DNA of 64,000 nucleotides from Ranitomeya imitator (taxonomy: Eukaryota), in assembly GCF_032444005.1 (NCBI RefSeq), contig NC_091285.1, forward strand, positions 12,958,001-13,022,000, in the 5' to 3' direction. The notes beneath the pieces are model-generated. The model did no database searches. It was not told the origin of the DNA and saw only the letters and a program-made list of their open reading frames with translations. This document shows positions 22,541 to 34,484 of this stretch, piece by piece; within the stretch, counting starts at the first letter, position 1; the number at the start of each line of letters is the position of its first letter. The translations under genes and the position numbers were made by a program.

Positions 22541-23070
22541 AGGGAACCTGTCACCCCCAAAGTCAAGGGCGAGCTAAGCCCACCAGCATCAGGGGCTTAT
22601 CTACAGCATTCTGTAATGCTGTAGATAAGCCCCCGATGTATCCTAAACAAATGAGAAAAAGAGGTTAGATTATACTCACCCAGGGACAGTCCCGGTCCTG
22701 TCCAATGGGCATCGCGGTCCGGTCCAGCACCTCCCATCTTCATCAGATGACGTCCTCTTCTTGTCTTCTCACTGCGGCTCCAGCACAAAGTACTGCAGTG
22801 CGCAGGCCCCAGGCCTCTCTGACCTTTCCCGGCACCTGCGCACCGCAGCGTGAAGACAAGAAGAGAACGTCGTCCTAACAAGATGTGAGGCCCCGGACCG
22901 CGACGCCCATCAGATCGCACTGCCTGCGTGAGTATATTATAACCTCTTTTTCTCATCTTTTAGGATACATCGGGGGCTTATCTACAGCAACAGCATTACA
23001 GAATGCATTACAGAATGCTGTAGATAAGCCCCTGATGCTGGTGGGCGCAGCTCAACTTGAATTTTGGGGA
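22541..23070. mobile_element. T2/Kolobok-type MITE, right end lost
   Basis: TTAA|AGGGAACCTGTCACC; internal arms like 49146-49775. Confidence 0.75.
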
Positions 23071-23789
23071 GGCAGAGGGACCCGACGGGGCCGGGGAGGC
23101 AGAGGGACCCTTTGCTTTCTTGTTTTTTTTTTTTTAGGAAATATACTCATCTATCTGACATTATCAGACACCCACAGTGCCATTACTTTGGGTCCTCGCA
23201 TGGATTGTGGGGGCACAAGCATTCCACTTGGTGAAGAGAAGTCCAGTGATGAAATGACATCTGCAGGGAGGTCACTGCTCTGGGGGACACAGGATGGGGA
23301 AAAGCCACAATACCTAGAATAAAACAGAAAAAATCATGCAGAAAACTCAAGTAGTGGCTGACACCAGTGGCCACCAGGCTAATACTGAACAGAATAGCGT
23401 GCGAGGAGAGAATAAAGCCCGGGATCTGGAGACATTATCACGCAGTTTTGCTCCCAGAGGTCATAGGTCAGTCATCAACCTGACATCATGTGCGCCCAAT
23501 AATATTAATGAGAAAGTTTTATGTTAAAAAAAAAAACACAACAGGACCGACTCACCATCAGGCAGAGATTCTCATGTTAAGTAATATCAATCCCTCAGAT
23601 CTCCATCATCATTCATCCCCTCCCCTGTTCGCCCCCTCACACGTAGCACTATACTTCCCTACTCACCCCCCCCACCGCAAGTGACATCACACACTGACCT
23701 GCACAGTACGTGACAACAGCCCCCCACACCATGCAGACCCATGCAAATAACATCAGCCCTACTCAGCAGGTAGACCCCCCTGCACACAG

Positions 23790-25060
23790 ATCCCCCACGC
23801 ATGCAACATGACCCCCTTCCCAACAGAGACTCCAGCACACAGCCTCTCTTCCCCAGAGACCCCCAGCACGCTGCCCCCCTTCCCAACAGACACCCAGCCC
23901 CACTCACAAGGAACATGACCCCCTTCCAACAGAGACCCCCAGCATGCAGTCTCCCTTCCCCAGGCAGGCCCCTCCAGCATGCAGTCCCAGGCAAGCAACG
24001 TCACCCCCTTCCCCAGGCAGGCCCCTCCAGCGTGCAGTCCCATGCAAGCATCACCCCCGTCCCCAGGCAGGCCCCTCCAGCGTGCAGTCCCACACAAGCA
24101 TCACCCCTTTCCCCAGGCAGACCCCCAGCACGCAGTCCCACGCAAGCAACGTACCCCCTTCTCCAGGCAGACCACCAGCACGCAGTGCCATGCAAGCATC
24201 ACCAGCTTCCCCAGGCAGACCACCAGCACACAGTCCCATGCAAACACCATCTCCCCCGGCAGACCCCCCCTTCCAGCATGCACATGCAGCCCCATGCAAA
24301 CATCACCCCCTTCTCCCCAGGTAGACCCCCTCCAGCATGCACATGCAGCCCCCCTCCAGCATGCACATGCAGCCCCATGCAAACATCACCACCCCTTCTC
24401 CCCAGGCAGACCCCCCTCCAGCATGCACATGCAGCCCCATGAAAGCATCACCCCCTTCTCTCCAGGCAGACCCCCCTCCACTATACACATGCAGCCCCAT
24501 GCAAGCAACATTACTCCCTTCTCCCCAGGCAGACCCCCCGTCCAGCATGCACATGCAGTCCCATGCAAGCATCACCCCTTTCTCCCCAGGCAGACCCCCC
24601 GTCCTGCATGCACATGCAGCCCCATGCAAACATCACCCCTTCTCCCCAGGCAGACCCCCTCCAGCATGCACATGCAGCCCCATGCAAGCCCCCTCCAGCA
24701 TGCACGTGCAGCCCCATGCAAGCCCCCTCCAGCATGCACATGCAGCCCCATGCAAGCATCACCCCCTTCTCTCCAGGCAGACCCCCGTCCAGCATGCACA
24801 TGCAGCCCCATGCACATGCAGCCCCATGCAAGCATCACCGCTTTCTCCCCCGGCAGACCCCCGTCCAGCATGCACATGCAGCCCCATGCAAGCATCACCC
24901 CGTTCTCTCCAGGCAGACCCCCGTCCAGCATGCACATGCAGCCCCATGCACATGCAGCCCCATGCAAGCAACATCACCCCTTTCTCCCTAGGCAGACCCC
25001 CATCCAGCATGCACATGCGGCCCCATGCAACATCACTCCTTTCTCCCCAGGCAGACTCCC
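23790..25060. repeat. GC-rich minisatellite (~40-60-bp degenerate unit ccccttctccccaggcagacccccctccagcatgcacatgcagccccatgcaagcatca)
   Basis: Units visible directly; source of many spurious ORFs. Confidence 0.9.
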
Positions 25061-26503
25061 ACTTATCTGATCTGTGACTATGGAGAACGACCCAAAACAC
25101 TCCAAATCTTGCACAAAATCCTTGAAATCCCGCCATGACTTCCACAGCTTCCTCCTGTCTGCTTTGCTCTATGGAGGAAGAGGCAAATCCTGCACAAAAC
25201 ACTCAAAATCTAAATCCTGCACGAAATCCGCCATGACATCCACAGCTTCCTCATGTCTGCTCTATGGAGGAAGAAGCGCCGCCCCTTCCGGTCACATGAG
25301 CACGACGTCAGCAGAGGTACCTTAGCCGACTTGGATTTAGCCTCTACCATTTTCTCTCTGTGTATCTCCCTGGACACACGTGTTCTTCTGTTGTGTTGGA
25401 ACTACCTCACTTACTTGCCATTCTGGTTAAGTTTATCCGGTAAGCTCATTATCCCTGTTCTTGCAATGTAGTGTTGTACAGAGTGTGATTAACTGTATAG
25501 CAGCTAGTACACAGGAAATGTGATTATCAGTTACCTGCTGTATGTAGTTATATGTAGAAGTTGCATCATCCTGTATGCTTTCCCTGTTAGTTGCAGTCGT
25601 GTTATTATTTGCCCAATACTTATATATGTCATTTGTATCCTTATAGTTTTACTGCATTTCAATACCTGTTACCAATAAACAAGTTAGACTACAGAGAACA
25701 GTCTGCTTATTTGGGAGACAGAAGTGGTTTATGCTGTATGTTGGATCACACACCGTATCAATGTGTATGAAGACAGAACATGTAGTATAGTTTCAGAATG
25801 CTATTGACTGCAGATTAACCTCATGTCTGCAGGCTAAGGCTACATTCAAACGTGGCGTTTTTTTTTTACTGCAGCAAAATCTGCTTTCTTGGCAGTAAAG
25901 AAGCTGCGGAAAAAAGCAGGTTTTCCTTGTTTTTTGTTGTGCATTTTTGTTGTTTTTTATTATGCTACTTTTATCTCTTGTGCATGCTGATAAAGTTTTG
26001 TGCCCCGCCCCCCAAAAAATCATAGTCTATTCCACAACCTGATAACTGCATATTTTCAGAGGTTTTTTTTAGCGTTCTTTCACCACCCATTACTTTCAAT
26101 GGGTGAAAAATGCTGAAAAAATGCTGAAAAAAAGACATGCTGCTTTTTGCAAAAACCAAGCAAAGCACAAAATGTTGAGGAAAAAAAACAAACAAAAACA
26201 AACAGTGTGCATGAGATTTCTGAAATCTCATAGACTTTGCTGGTACTGTGATACGCAGCTGAAAATTTGCATTAAAAAATACACAGCAAAAACATATACA
26301 TGTGAACATAGCACTATAGTGTTTTTTTAAACATGAAGAAATCAACTTTGTTTCCTGTAACTGTAGATAAGACATCTGTTCCCATCAATCAGATTATAAG
26401 GTTAATAATAGCTCTTCCCACAGGATGTGCAATGTCATATTTGCTGGAACAAGGTGGCCTATAACATACATTTGAAGATTAATTTGTTGTAAATCCGGAA
26501 GCC

Positions 26504-28144
26504 ATGGCGTCTGCTGATCTCCGAGACGAGCTAACCTGCTCCATCTGTAAGGACATTTATACAGATCCTGTAACCCTGAGATGTGGACACAACTTCTGCC
26601 GGGTCTGTATTGATCGTTTGCCGGATACAGATGGCGGGTATGGAGAATATTCCTGTCCTGAATGTAGAGCAACATTTCACAAGCGGCCTCCACTACAGAA
26701 GAACATAACTCTGTGTAATGTAGTGGAGAATTTCCTGTCTACTCAGAGACATCAGGGGGAGATCACCGGGATCTGCTGCACTTACTGCATTCACTCTCCG
26801 GTACCTGCTGTTAGGTCCTGTCTGATGTGTGAAGCTTCTCTGTGTGATAATCACCTGAAAATTCACAGCAAATCATCAGAACATGTCTTATCTGATCCCA
26901 GCACTTCTCTGGAGATAAGGAAATGTTCTGTCCATAAGAAGATCCTGGAATATTACTGCACTGAGGACGCTGCTTGTATCTGTGTGTCCTGCAGTTTGGC
27001 CGGAGAACATCGGGGACACCGGGTGGAGATGCTGGAGGAGGCCTTTGGAAAGAAAAAGGAGAAACTGAGAAATGTTCTGCAACAACTGCTCACAAAGAGA
27101 AAGAAAACTGAGGAAAGAGTCCGGAGTCTGGAGGAGAGCAAGAGAAAAGCTCAAGAAAAAGCAGCTGGAGAAGCCGAGAGAGTCACTGCCCTGTGTACAG
27201 ATATCAGGAGACAACTGGATGAGATGGAGAAGAAGGTCCTGAGTGACATCTTCAGGTCGGAAGAGAAGATGTTACTATCACTGTCTGATGTGATCCAGAA
27301 ACTGGAAATAAAAAAGGACGAGCTGTCCAGGAAGATGAGGCACATTGAGGAGCTGTGTAACATGACGGATCCACTGACTGTCTTACAGGAACCAGACACC
27401 GGTGACTTGTGTGATCCTGAGGGGGAGGAAGGAGGTGATGAGGACACACGTGGACATAATGGAGGTAATGAGGAAACAGAGGGACATGATGGAGGTGATG
27501 AGGCCACAGGAGGACATGATGGAGGTGATTGGGGTGCGGAGCTCATTTCACACATATCACAGACATTATCTGCTATGATAACTGATACAAATGTGATCTT
27601 TCATGTGGAGGATTCTGCAGACATATTACTGGATGTAAACACGGCCGCTAATAATCTCCTTATATCAGACGACCTGAAAACTGCGACCTGGACAGAAATA
27701 ACGCAGAATCGTCCAGAAACAGCAGAGAGATTCCAGATTAATAAGGTGATGAGCGGGAGGAGATTTACCTCAGGACGACATTACTGGGATGTGGAGACCA
27801 GGGGATCACCTAGTTGGAGGGTGGCGATATGTTATCCCACAATGGACAGGAGAGGAGATCAGTCATATATTGGGTATAATAAAAAGTCCTGGGGTTTATA
27901 TGGAGGGCAGGGGAATAATAATCAGTATTCAGTGAGACATGACAGTAAAGTGATCCGGTTACCTCACCAGATCTCCAGTGATCGGTTCAGGATATGTCTG
28001 GATTATGAGGCCGGGCAGTTGTCCTTTTATGAGCTGTGTGACCCCATCAGACACTTACACACCTTCACTGCCACCTTCTCCGAGCCCCTTCATGCTCTAT
28101 TAGCTGTATCTAAGGGTTCTATAAGGATATTGGGAAACAGCTGA
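26504..28144 (+). CDS. TRIM E3 ligase, class IV (RING, B-box1, B-box2, coiled coil, PRY/SPRY); copy 2, intact 546 aa
   Basis: Same domain motifs as copy 1; complete SPRY end PLHALLAVSKGSIRILGNS. Confidence 0.93.
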   Translation: MASADLRDELTCSICKDIYTDPVTLRCGHNFCRVCIDRLPDTDGGYGEYSCPECRATFHKRPPLQKNITLCNVVENFLSTQRHQGEITGICCTYCIHSPVPAVRSCLMCEASLCDNHLKIHSKSSEHVLSDPSTSLEIRKCSVHKKILEYYCTEDAACICVSCSLAGEHRGHRVEMLEEAFGKKKEKLRNVLQQLLTKRKKTEERVRSLEESKRKAQEKAAGEAERVTALCTDIRRQLDEMEKKVLSDIFRSEEKMLLSLSDVIQKLEIKKDELSRKMRHIEELCNMTDPLTVLQEPDTGDLCDPEGEEGGDEDTRGHNGGNEETEGHDGGDEATGGHDGGDWGAELISHISQTLSAMITDTNVIFHVEDSADILLDVNTAANNLLISDDLKTATWTEITQNRPETAERFQINKVMSGRRFTSGRHYWDVETRGSPSWRVAICYPTMDRRGDQSYIGYNKKSWGLYGGQGNNNQYSVRHDSKVIRLPHQISSDRFRICLDYEAGQLSFYELCDPIRHLHTFTATFSEPLHALLAVSKGSIRILGNS

Positions 28145-28561
28145 GAAACTATTTTCATAGAAGAAATCTACCCAGGGAGCAGAATATATGACTGGTGGCT
28201 CATACAGATACTGGGTGGACCTTTATGAAGGATTTCTTTCTTTGTGGTGCATTTTGACAATAATTTCACAAATGCAGATAAGAGATAACTATTTTTTTTT
28301 TCCAAAACATTTACAAAACAACATCCATAGATTATTTGGCCTTATTCAGATGTTCATGTAAGTGTTCTATCCGTGATTTATCAGATAGAAAATGAATCTG
28401 CTTTTGCGTACCATGAAAAATCACGGATGTGTGAATGAGGCCTAAGGCTCCTTAGAAACTTTCAAGATTTCTGACCATGTAGGAATTCTTTCTTAAAATG
28501 CCACCAACCTGTGGCTAACACCACACAACCTCACAAACACCGTGAACAAAAACTGGTTTAA

Positions 28562-29712
28562 CCCTAGCATGCGTATTGGGGGCCTTTTAGGCCCCCATGC
28601 TTACTTTTTTGCTAATTTCTGCAAAATTACTTAAGTTAGAATTTTGAAACTCCATTTAATCCTCAAGTATGTCGTTGTTGGTAATATCCAGTTGTTCATA
28701 TAATTTTTTTCATAGGCATTTCGGTGTAACAATGCTTTAATGGTGAAAACCACATCTGTACGGATTGGGGGCCTTTTAGGCCCCCATGTATTTTTTATCA
28801 TGTTCTCAGTAGTGTTTGTGTCTCAAGTTACTTTATTTGTACTCAGTAATGCTGGTGGAGGGGCCAGGGTGTGGATAATGCCATATGAGGAGGTTATGTG
28901 ATTTTTGGAGGGAGAGATAAGGCCATGACATCATCTCAAGTCCTTCTGAACACAGTAATGACGCTGCAAGTTCATACAATACATGCCCAGCAAGTCTGCC
29001 AAATATGGAATCAAAATCTTCTGGATGTGTGATTCTGCAAATTATTATGGCATAAATGGTGTAATCTACTGTGGCAAAGAGGTTGGTGCACGAGTACAGA
29101 AGGATCTGGGGTCTGAAATTGTCAAAACTCTTGCTGTTCCAATATTCAATTCAGGTAGAAACATTACCATGGACAATTATTTCACCAATGTTGAACTAGG
29201 CAATTTTCTGCTTCAAAAAGCTATTACACTTGTTGGTACTATCAAGCCGAGCTGACGAGAAATTCCAGAAGAACTGAATCACAATCGTCAGCGAGCACTT
29301 TATGAGAGTGTCTTTGGATTCAATAACAAAGCGACTTTAGTATCTTACAAAGCGAAGAAAGAGAAATCAGTGATTTTACTCAGTACCATGCATCACAATT
29401 GCAGTATTGACAGCAATGACAGAAAATTAAAACCAGAAATCATCCTGCATTACAATAAAACAAAAGGAGGTGTAGACAAAATGGATGAGATGGTGGGAGA
29501 ATATTCATGCAAGAGGCAAACAAAACGATGGCCTGTAGTACTTTTTTCAAATATGCTTGATGTAGCAGCCCTAAATTCATTCAGCATTTATACAGAAACT
29601 CATCCAGAATTCCATGCGTGGAGGAAGGACAGGAGACGCCTATTTTTAAAAGACCTTTGTCATGAACTTGTAATGCCTCACATGATACAGCAAAGCGACG
29701 TGAAAGGCTTGC
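28562..29712 (+). pseudogene. piggyBac element remnant with PGBD-like transposase fragment (~28983-29712)
   Basis: TTAA|CCCT left end; PSKSAKYGIK, ITMDNYFT and YNKTKGGVDKMD motifs; in-frame TGA at 29253; 5' part deleted, 3' part cut by a MITE. Confidence 0.85.
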
Positions 29713-29714
29713 TA

Positions 29715-30445
29715 AGGCTGGTTTCACACGTCAGTGGCTCCGGTACGTGAGGTGACAGTTTCCTCACGTACCGGAGCCACTGACACACGTAGACACATAA
29801 AAATCAATGCATCTGTTCAGATGTCATTGATTTTTTGCGGACCGTGTCTCCGTGTGCCAAACACGGAGACATGTCAGTGTTCGTGGGAGCGCACGGATTA
29901 CACGGACCCATTAAAGTCAATGGGTCCGTGTAAAACACGTACTGCACACGGATGTGGTCCGTGTGCAGTCCGTGTGCCGTGCAGGAGACAGCGCTACATT
30001 AAGCGCTGTCCCCCCCACTAGTGCTGAAGCCGCGATTCATATCTTCTCTCCAGCAGCGTTTGCTGTAGAGAAGATAAGAATATTAGTGTGTAAAATGCAG
30101 ATCCAGGTCCCAAACAACCTCCCACCCCCTGTTTGCCCCCTCCCCACTGTAATTAAAATACTCACCTAGCTTCCGGATCCCTCGCCGCAGCGTCCTCTCC
30201 TGGCCGCAGCTTCTCCTGTATACGGTCACGTGGGGCCGCCGATTACAATCATGAATATGCGGCTCCACCTCCCAAAGGGACCTGGATCTGCATTTTACAC
30301 ACTAATATTCTTATCTTCTCTACAGCAAACACTGCTGCAGGGAACATATGAATGGGGCTTCAGCACGATGCCGGGGACAGCGCTAAACTTTAGCGCTGTC
30401 TCCGGCACGGTGCGTGTGGTACCCAGTGGGCACACGGGCGGCGCA
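29715..30445. mobile_element. PIF/Harbinger-like MITE, right end deleted
   Basis: TAA|GGCTGGTTTCACAC start; internal palindromic arms. Confidence 0.6.
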
Positions 30446-32571
30446 CTGTTTTATTTAGAACATGACATATACCAAAAACACATAAAATACGCATAATCAA
30501 AAATGTGCTAAAAACAAATGTAAAAAAGTGCACTAAAAAACCCAATGAAAAAACATAAGTAACTTAATATATCTAATAGATGAAGAGCAACTTCAAAAAC
30601 TCATCAAAAGCTCATTGTGGGCACAGAGACCTAAGGTTTTAAAAAATGTCAAGCATATAAAAGAAGTGACGAGTCCATTCTTAAGGTGTTTTCAGCTAGG
30701 AAGGTGTTCCATTCTTTACAATAAAAGTCAACTGGAATGCTGAAATAATGCACAGAAGATACACGATTGTCTTTTTTAGCGTTATCTTAGCATTTTCACT
30801 AATGTTTTTTTACTTTCTTAATAGATATTAAAAAAAAGTAAAAAAAAATTGCCCAAAAAAGATGAACAAAGATGCTAATAATGAAGGTTACTTCTGCTAC
30901 CAAATAAAACATTACATGATAATTTTATTCTTTGTTTGCCTCTAATTTGGGATTACGTAGAAGCTGTATAGTCCATAGATCTTGTAGCCAACACAAGTGT
31001 ACATTTTCTCTTGACTCATTTTGCACTAGAGGACGGATGAGAGAGTAGGATTATACCAAGTGCACAGAGATTATTGTTACTGGTGTCATCTGGCAAATTA
31101 GTAATTGATTAGTGAGATTTTTCTCACAATGCTAGCAGAGATCTCATTGAGGTCACCGCAGTTCATCAGCTGGCTCACAGTGAACTGAGCGTTGGAACAG
31201 CTGGCAGTGATCGGCGGTAAACTCTATGACGTTACCGCTTGTCACTGAAGCTGCGTCCCAAGCTCAGCATTTCCTGGATGTCAGGGTGAACGTTCGCATT
31301 ATGCCACCTTTCATCAAGACCTCCAGATGTAGCATAGGTGAGGCAAATTGATTATCTTCTCGTCGGACAGATGAGGAATGTGTTTTTTGTTTTTTTTATT
31401 ATTTTCATTTACATAGTAATAAATGGGAAAAAGTGGGTTGGGGAGTATATCTATCAAATAATTTTATTCTTGCTGTGTGTTTATTTCAAAACTTACTATG
31501 GGGTTAGTAATGGGGACGTCTTCTAGATGGCTCTCCATTACTAACCCCTGGGCTTAATGTCAGCTGACAATACAAAGCTGACATCAACCCCAACCCTATT
31601 ACCCCACTTGCCACTGCATGAGGGTGGGAAGAGAAAGGCTAAGAGCCAGATTTGGTGCATCTTATTGATGCACCATTTCTAGGTTGGCTGAGCTCTGATG
31701 TTGGTAGCCTGTGGGGTGAAACAATATCTCTTGCCTCTTCCCAGGCTATTAATGTCAACCAACAGCTGTCTGTTTAGCCTTTGCTGGTTTGAATCTATAG
31801 GAGGACCGTATGTCATTTTTTAAAATCTGGGGTCTTCTGTACACTAAACAGTAATTGCTAAGCAAACAGCTGTGAGCTGTTATTAATAGCCTCGTGGAAA
31901 CTTTTTGGGATATTGTTCCCTTTCCCAGATTATTAACAACATCCCCAAGCCGTGGGCTTTCTCTCTGCTAAATGTTTGGCACTCAAAAGGGTGCAGTGAA
32001 CGAAAAGGTTTATTTCTTTGGTAACTTTATAATTAAAGTTCTTCAGTGGTAATCAGGTCGCCTTTATTAACCTCTTTTTACCTCCTGGCTTATCTTTGAC
32101 TCAGTGCCTGTTTTCCTACTGAAACACTAGTTACATCGTGGTTGACCAAGTCTCTTTAACCCTTTTGTTTCCTCTCATTTAGATCAACTATTACCTCATT
32201 CTCACTAATATACTCACTTTTCCCAGGAGCCTTATTCTGGCTCTCACCCACCCCAGATACATAGTGTGGATATTAGCGTTCACAGTCCAGATTGAGAATC
32301 CCTTCCATGATCTTGTGCTACTATCTGTTTCATGGGACAGATCACCACGTAGTGGCAGAGACTGGAAACTCGGCACAGATCACAAACTCGATCTTCCCGT
32401 ATCCTTCTGGTATCACACTAATCTAACGCTATGTGTATGATTGACTTTTTGGTCTTTATTTGTAAATATCGGTTTCACAATGTACTACGGTAATCGCTCT
32501 TTACGGATGTTATTTTCTATTGATGATTGTTTACTATATCGGGCGTTCCAACATATCATATTTTCATATGT

Positions 32572-32625
32572 CTTGTACAGTTCTGATGAAGGTCCAAGTA
32601 TAGGACTGAAACGTTAATTCTAAAG
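32572..32625 (+). ncRNA. Penelope-type minimal type I hammerhead ribozyme (paralog of 19191-19244)
   Basis: CTGATGA-A-GGTCC-aagtata-GGACT-GAAAC-GTT; helix I cttgtacagtt/aattctaaag with a bulge and a mismatch. Confidence 0.72.
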
Positions 32626-33489
32626 CTACCAAATAAACAAACAAACCTTTTCGTTCACTGCAACCCAAGAATTGGCAAGTATTTAACTAGACTATTTCCG
32701 GGTTGGAACCACTACACAGGAGTGTCGTATATTTCTCCATATGCCTTCTCTCTGTTAGTTGTGAAAATTACACAGGAGCCCACAACATTTTTTTTTATTT
32801 AATGCTTAATTTTACACACAATGTAAGCAATGGGTTGGGTGCTGAATACAACTCCCATCATTGTCACCTGATAGCGCTGATCTCAGAGACCAGGAGACAA
32901 TGATGAGAGCTGCCTTCAGCACCCGGCACCTGGGAACAGCGAGAACTCTACTGCTTTTCCCAGGTGCCGGTACGTGTCACACGGACAGCAAACTGATACT
33001 GGATGGCACACACATGCGTATGGATGGGACGTGGATCACGGATCTCACCAGTACTGGTTTTCCAAGTACAGAAATCACCAGGAAGTGGGAAAGAAGCCTT
33101 ACATAGGCACAATCAAACCGAAATCATGAATTACAATAAGGTCACATTCACACATTCAGGATTTGGTAAGATTTTACATCAGTATTTGTAAGACAAAACC
33201 AGGAATAGGTGAGAAATGCAAATGTGGTGACGTGTTTCTATTATACTTTTCCTCCGATTGTTCCTCTGCTGCGACCAAATACTGAATGTGTGAACGTGGC
33301 CAAAAATCTTTTCATGCTTACCTTGTAATGTCTTCACATCCTGTTCTGTCCAGATGTGTCCGGATCCCAGCATTCCAAGCTGCGGAAGTTCACCGACCTC
33401 CATATTGGGACACCCAAGTGATGGGTGTCTCAATATGGAAACTGCTGGTAGTACCAGCCTCTTGTGCGGTACCACCAGCGCAACACTGT

Positions 33490-34370
33490 CGCACCACACA
33501 CACACACTGTATATGCTGTACGCACCACACACACACACTGTATATGCTGTACGCACCACACACACACTGTATATGCCGTATGTACCACACACAATATATA
33601 TGCCGTACGCACCACACAGTGTATATGCCATACGCACCACACACACACACACTGTATACGCCGTAAGCACCACACACACAATGTATATGCTGTAAGCACC
33701 ACACACACACACACTGTATATGCCGTATGCACCACACACACAATGTATATGCTGCACACACCACACACACAATGTATATGCTGCACACACCACACACACA
33801 ATGTATATGCTGCACACACCACACACACAATGTATATGCTGCACACACCACACACACAATGTATATGCTGCACACACCACACACACAATGTATATGCTGC
33901 ACACACCACACACACAATGTATATGCTGTACGCACCACACACATAATGTATATGCCGTATGCACCACACACACACACACATTGTATATGCCGTACACACC
34001 ACACACACAATGTATATGCCTTACGCACCACACACTGTATACGCCGTACGCACCACACACACAATGTATATGCTGTACGCACCACACACTGTATACGCCG
34101 TACGCACCACACACACAATGTATATGCTGTACGCACCACACACACACTGTATACGCCGTATGCACCACACACACACTGTATACGCCGTATGCACCACACA
34201 CACACACTGTATACGACGTATGCACCACACACTGTATACGTCGTATGCACCACACACACAATGTATATGCCGTACGCACCACACACACACTGTATACGTC
34301 GTATGCACCACACACACACTGTATACGCCGTACGCACCACACACACACACTGTATACGCTGTATGCAACC
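33490..34370. repeat. CA-rich minisatellite (~25-30 bp, tgtatatgccgtacgcaccacacacac)
   Basis: Units visible directly. Confidence 0.92.
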
Positions 34371-34484
34371 TCTTGCGTGGTACCACCAGCAGAACACCGT
34401 CGTGAACACTCCGCCGCCAGGATCAGCTGAATGATTCACAGACTGCCGCCATCTTTGTACAGGAGGAGCGCATGCTCAGTTTTA

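Larger units (their letters stand above)
25793..32800 (+). repeat. Segmental duplication unit 2 (TRIM + PLE hammerhead)
   Basis: Paralog of 13390-19420; 28562-30448 replaces the ~16188-16788 segment of unit 1. Confidence 0.92.

Noticed and set aside
23659-25202. Overlapping 100-360 aa Pro/His/Cys-rich ORFs
   Set aside because: Minisatellite artefacts on both strands.
33179-34439. Cys/Val- and His/Thr-rich ORFs resembling metal-binding proteins
   Set aside because: Translations of the CA-rich minisatellite.
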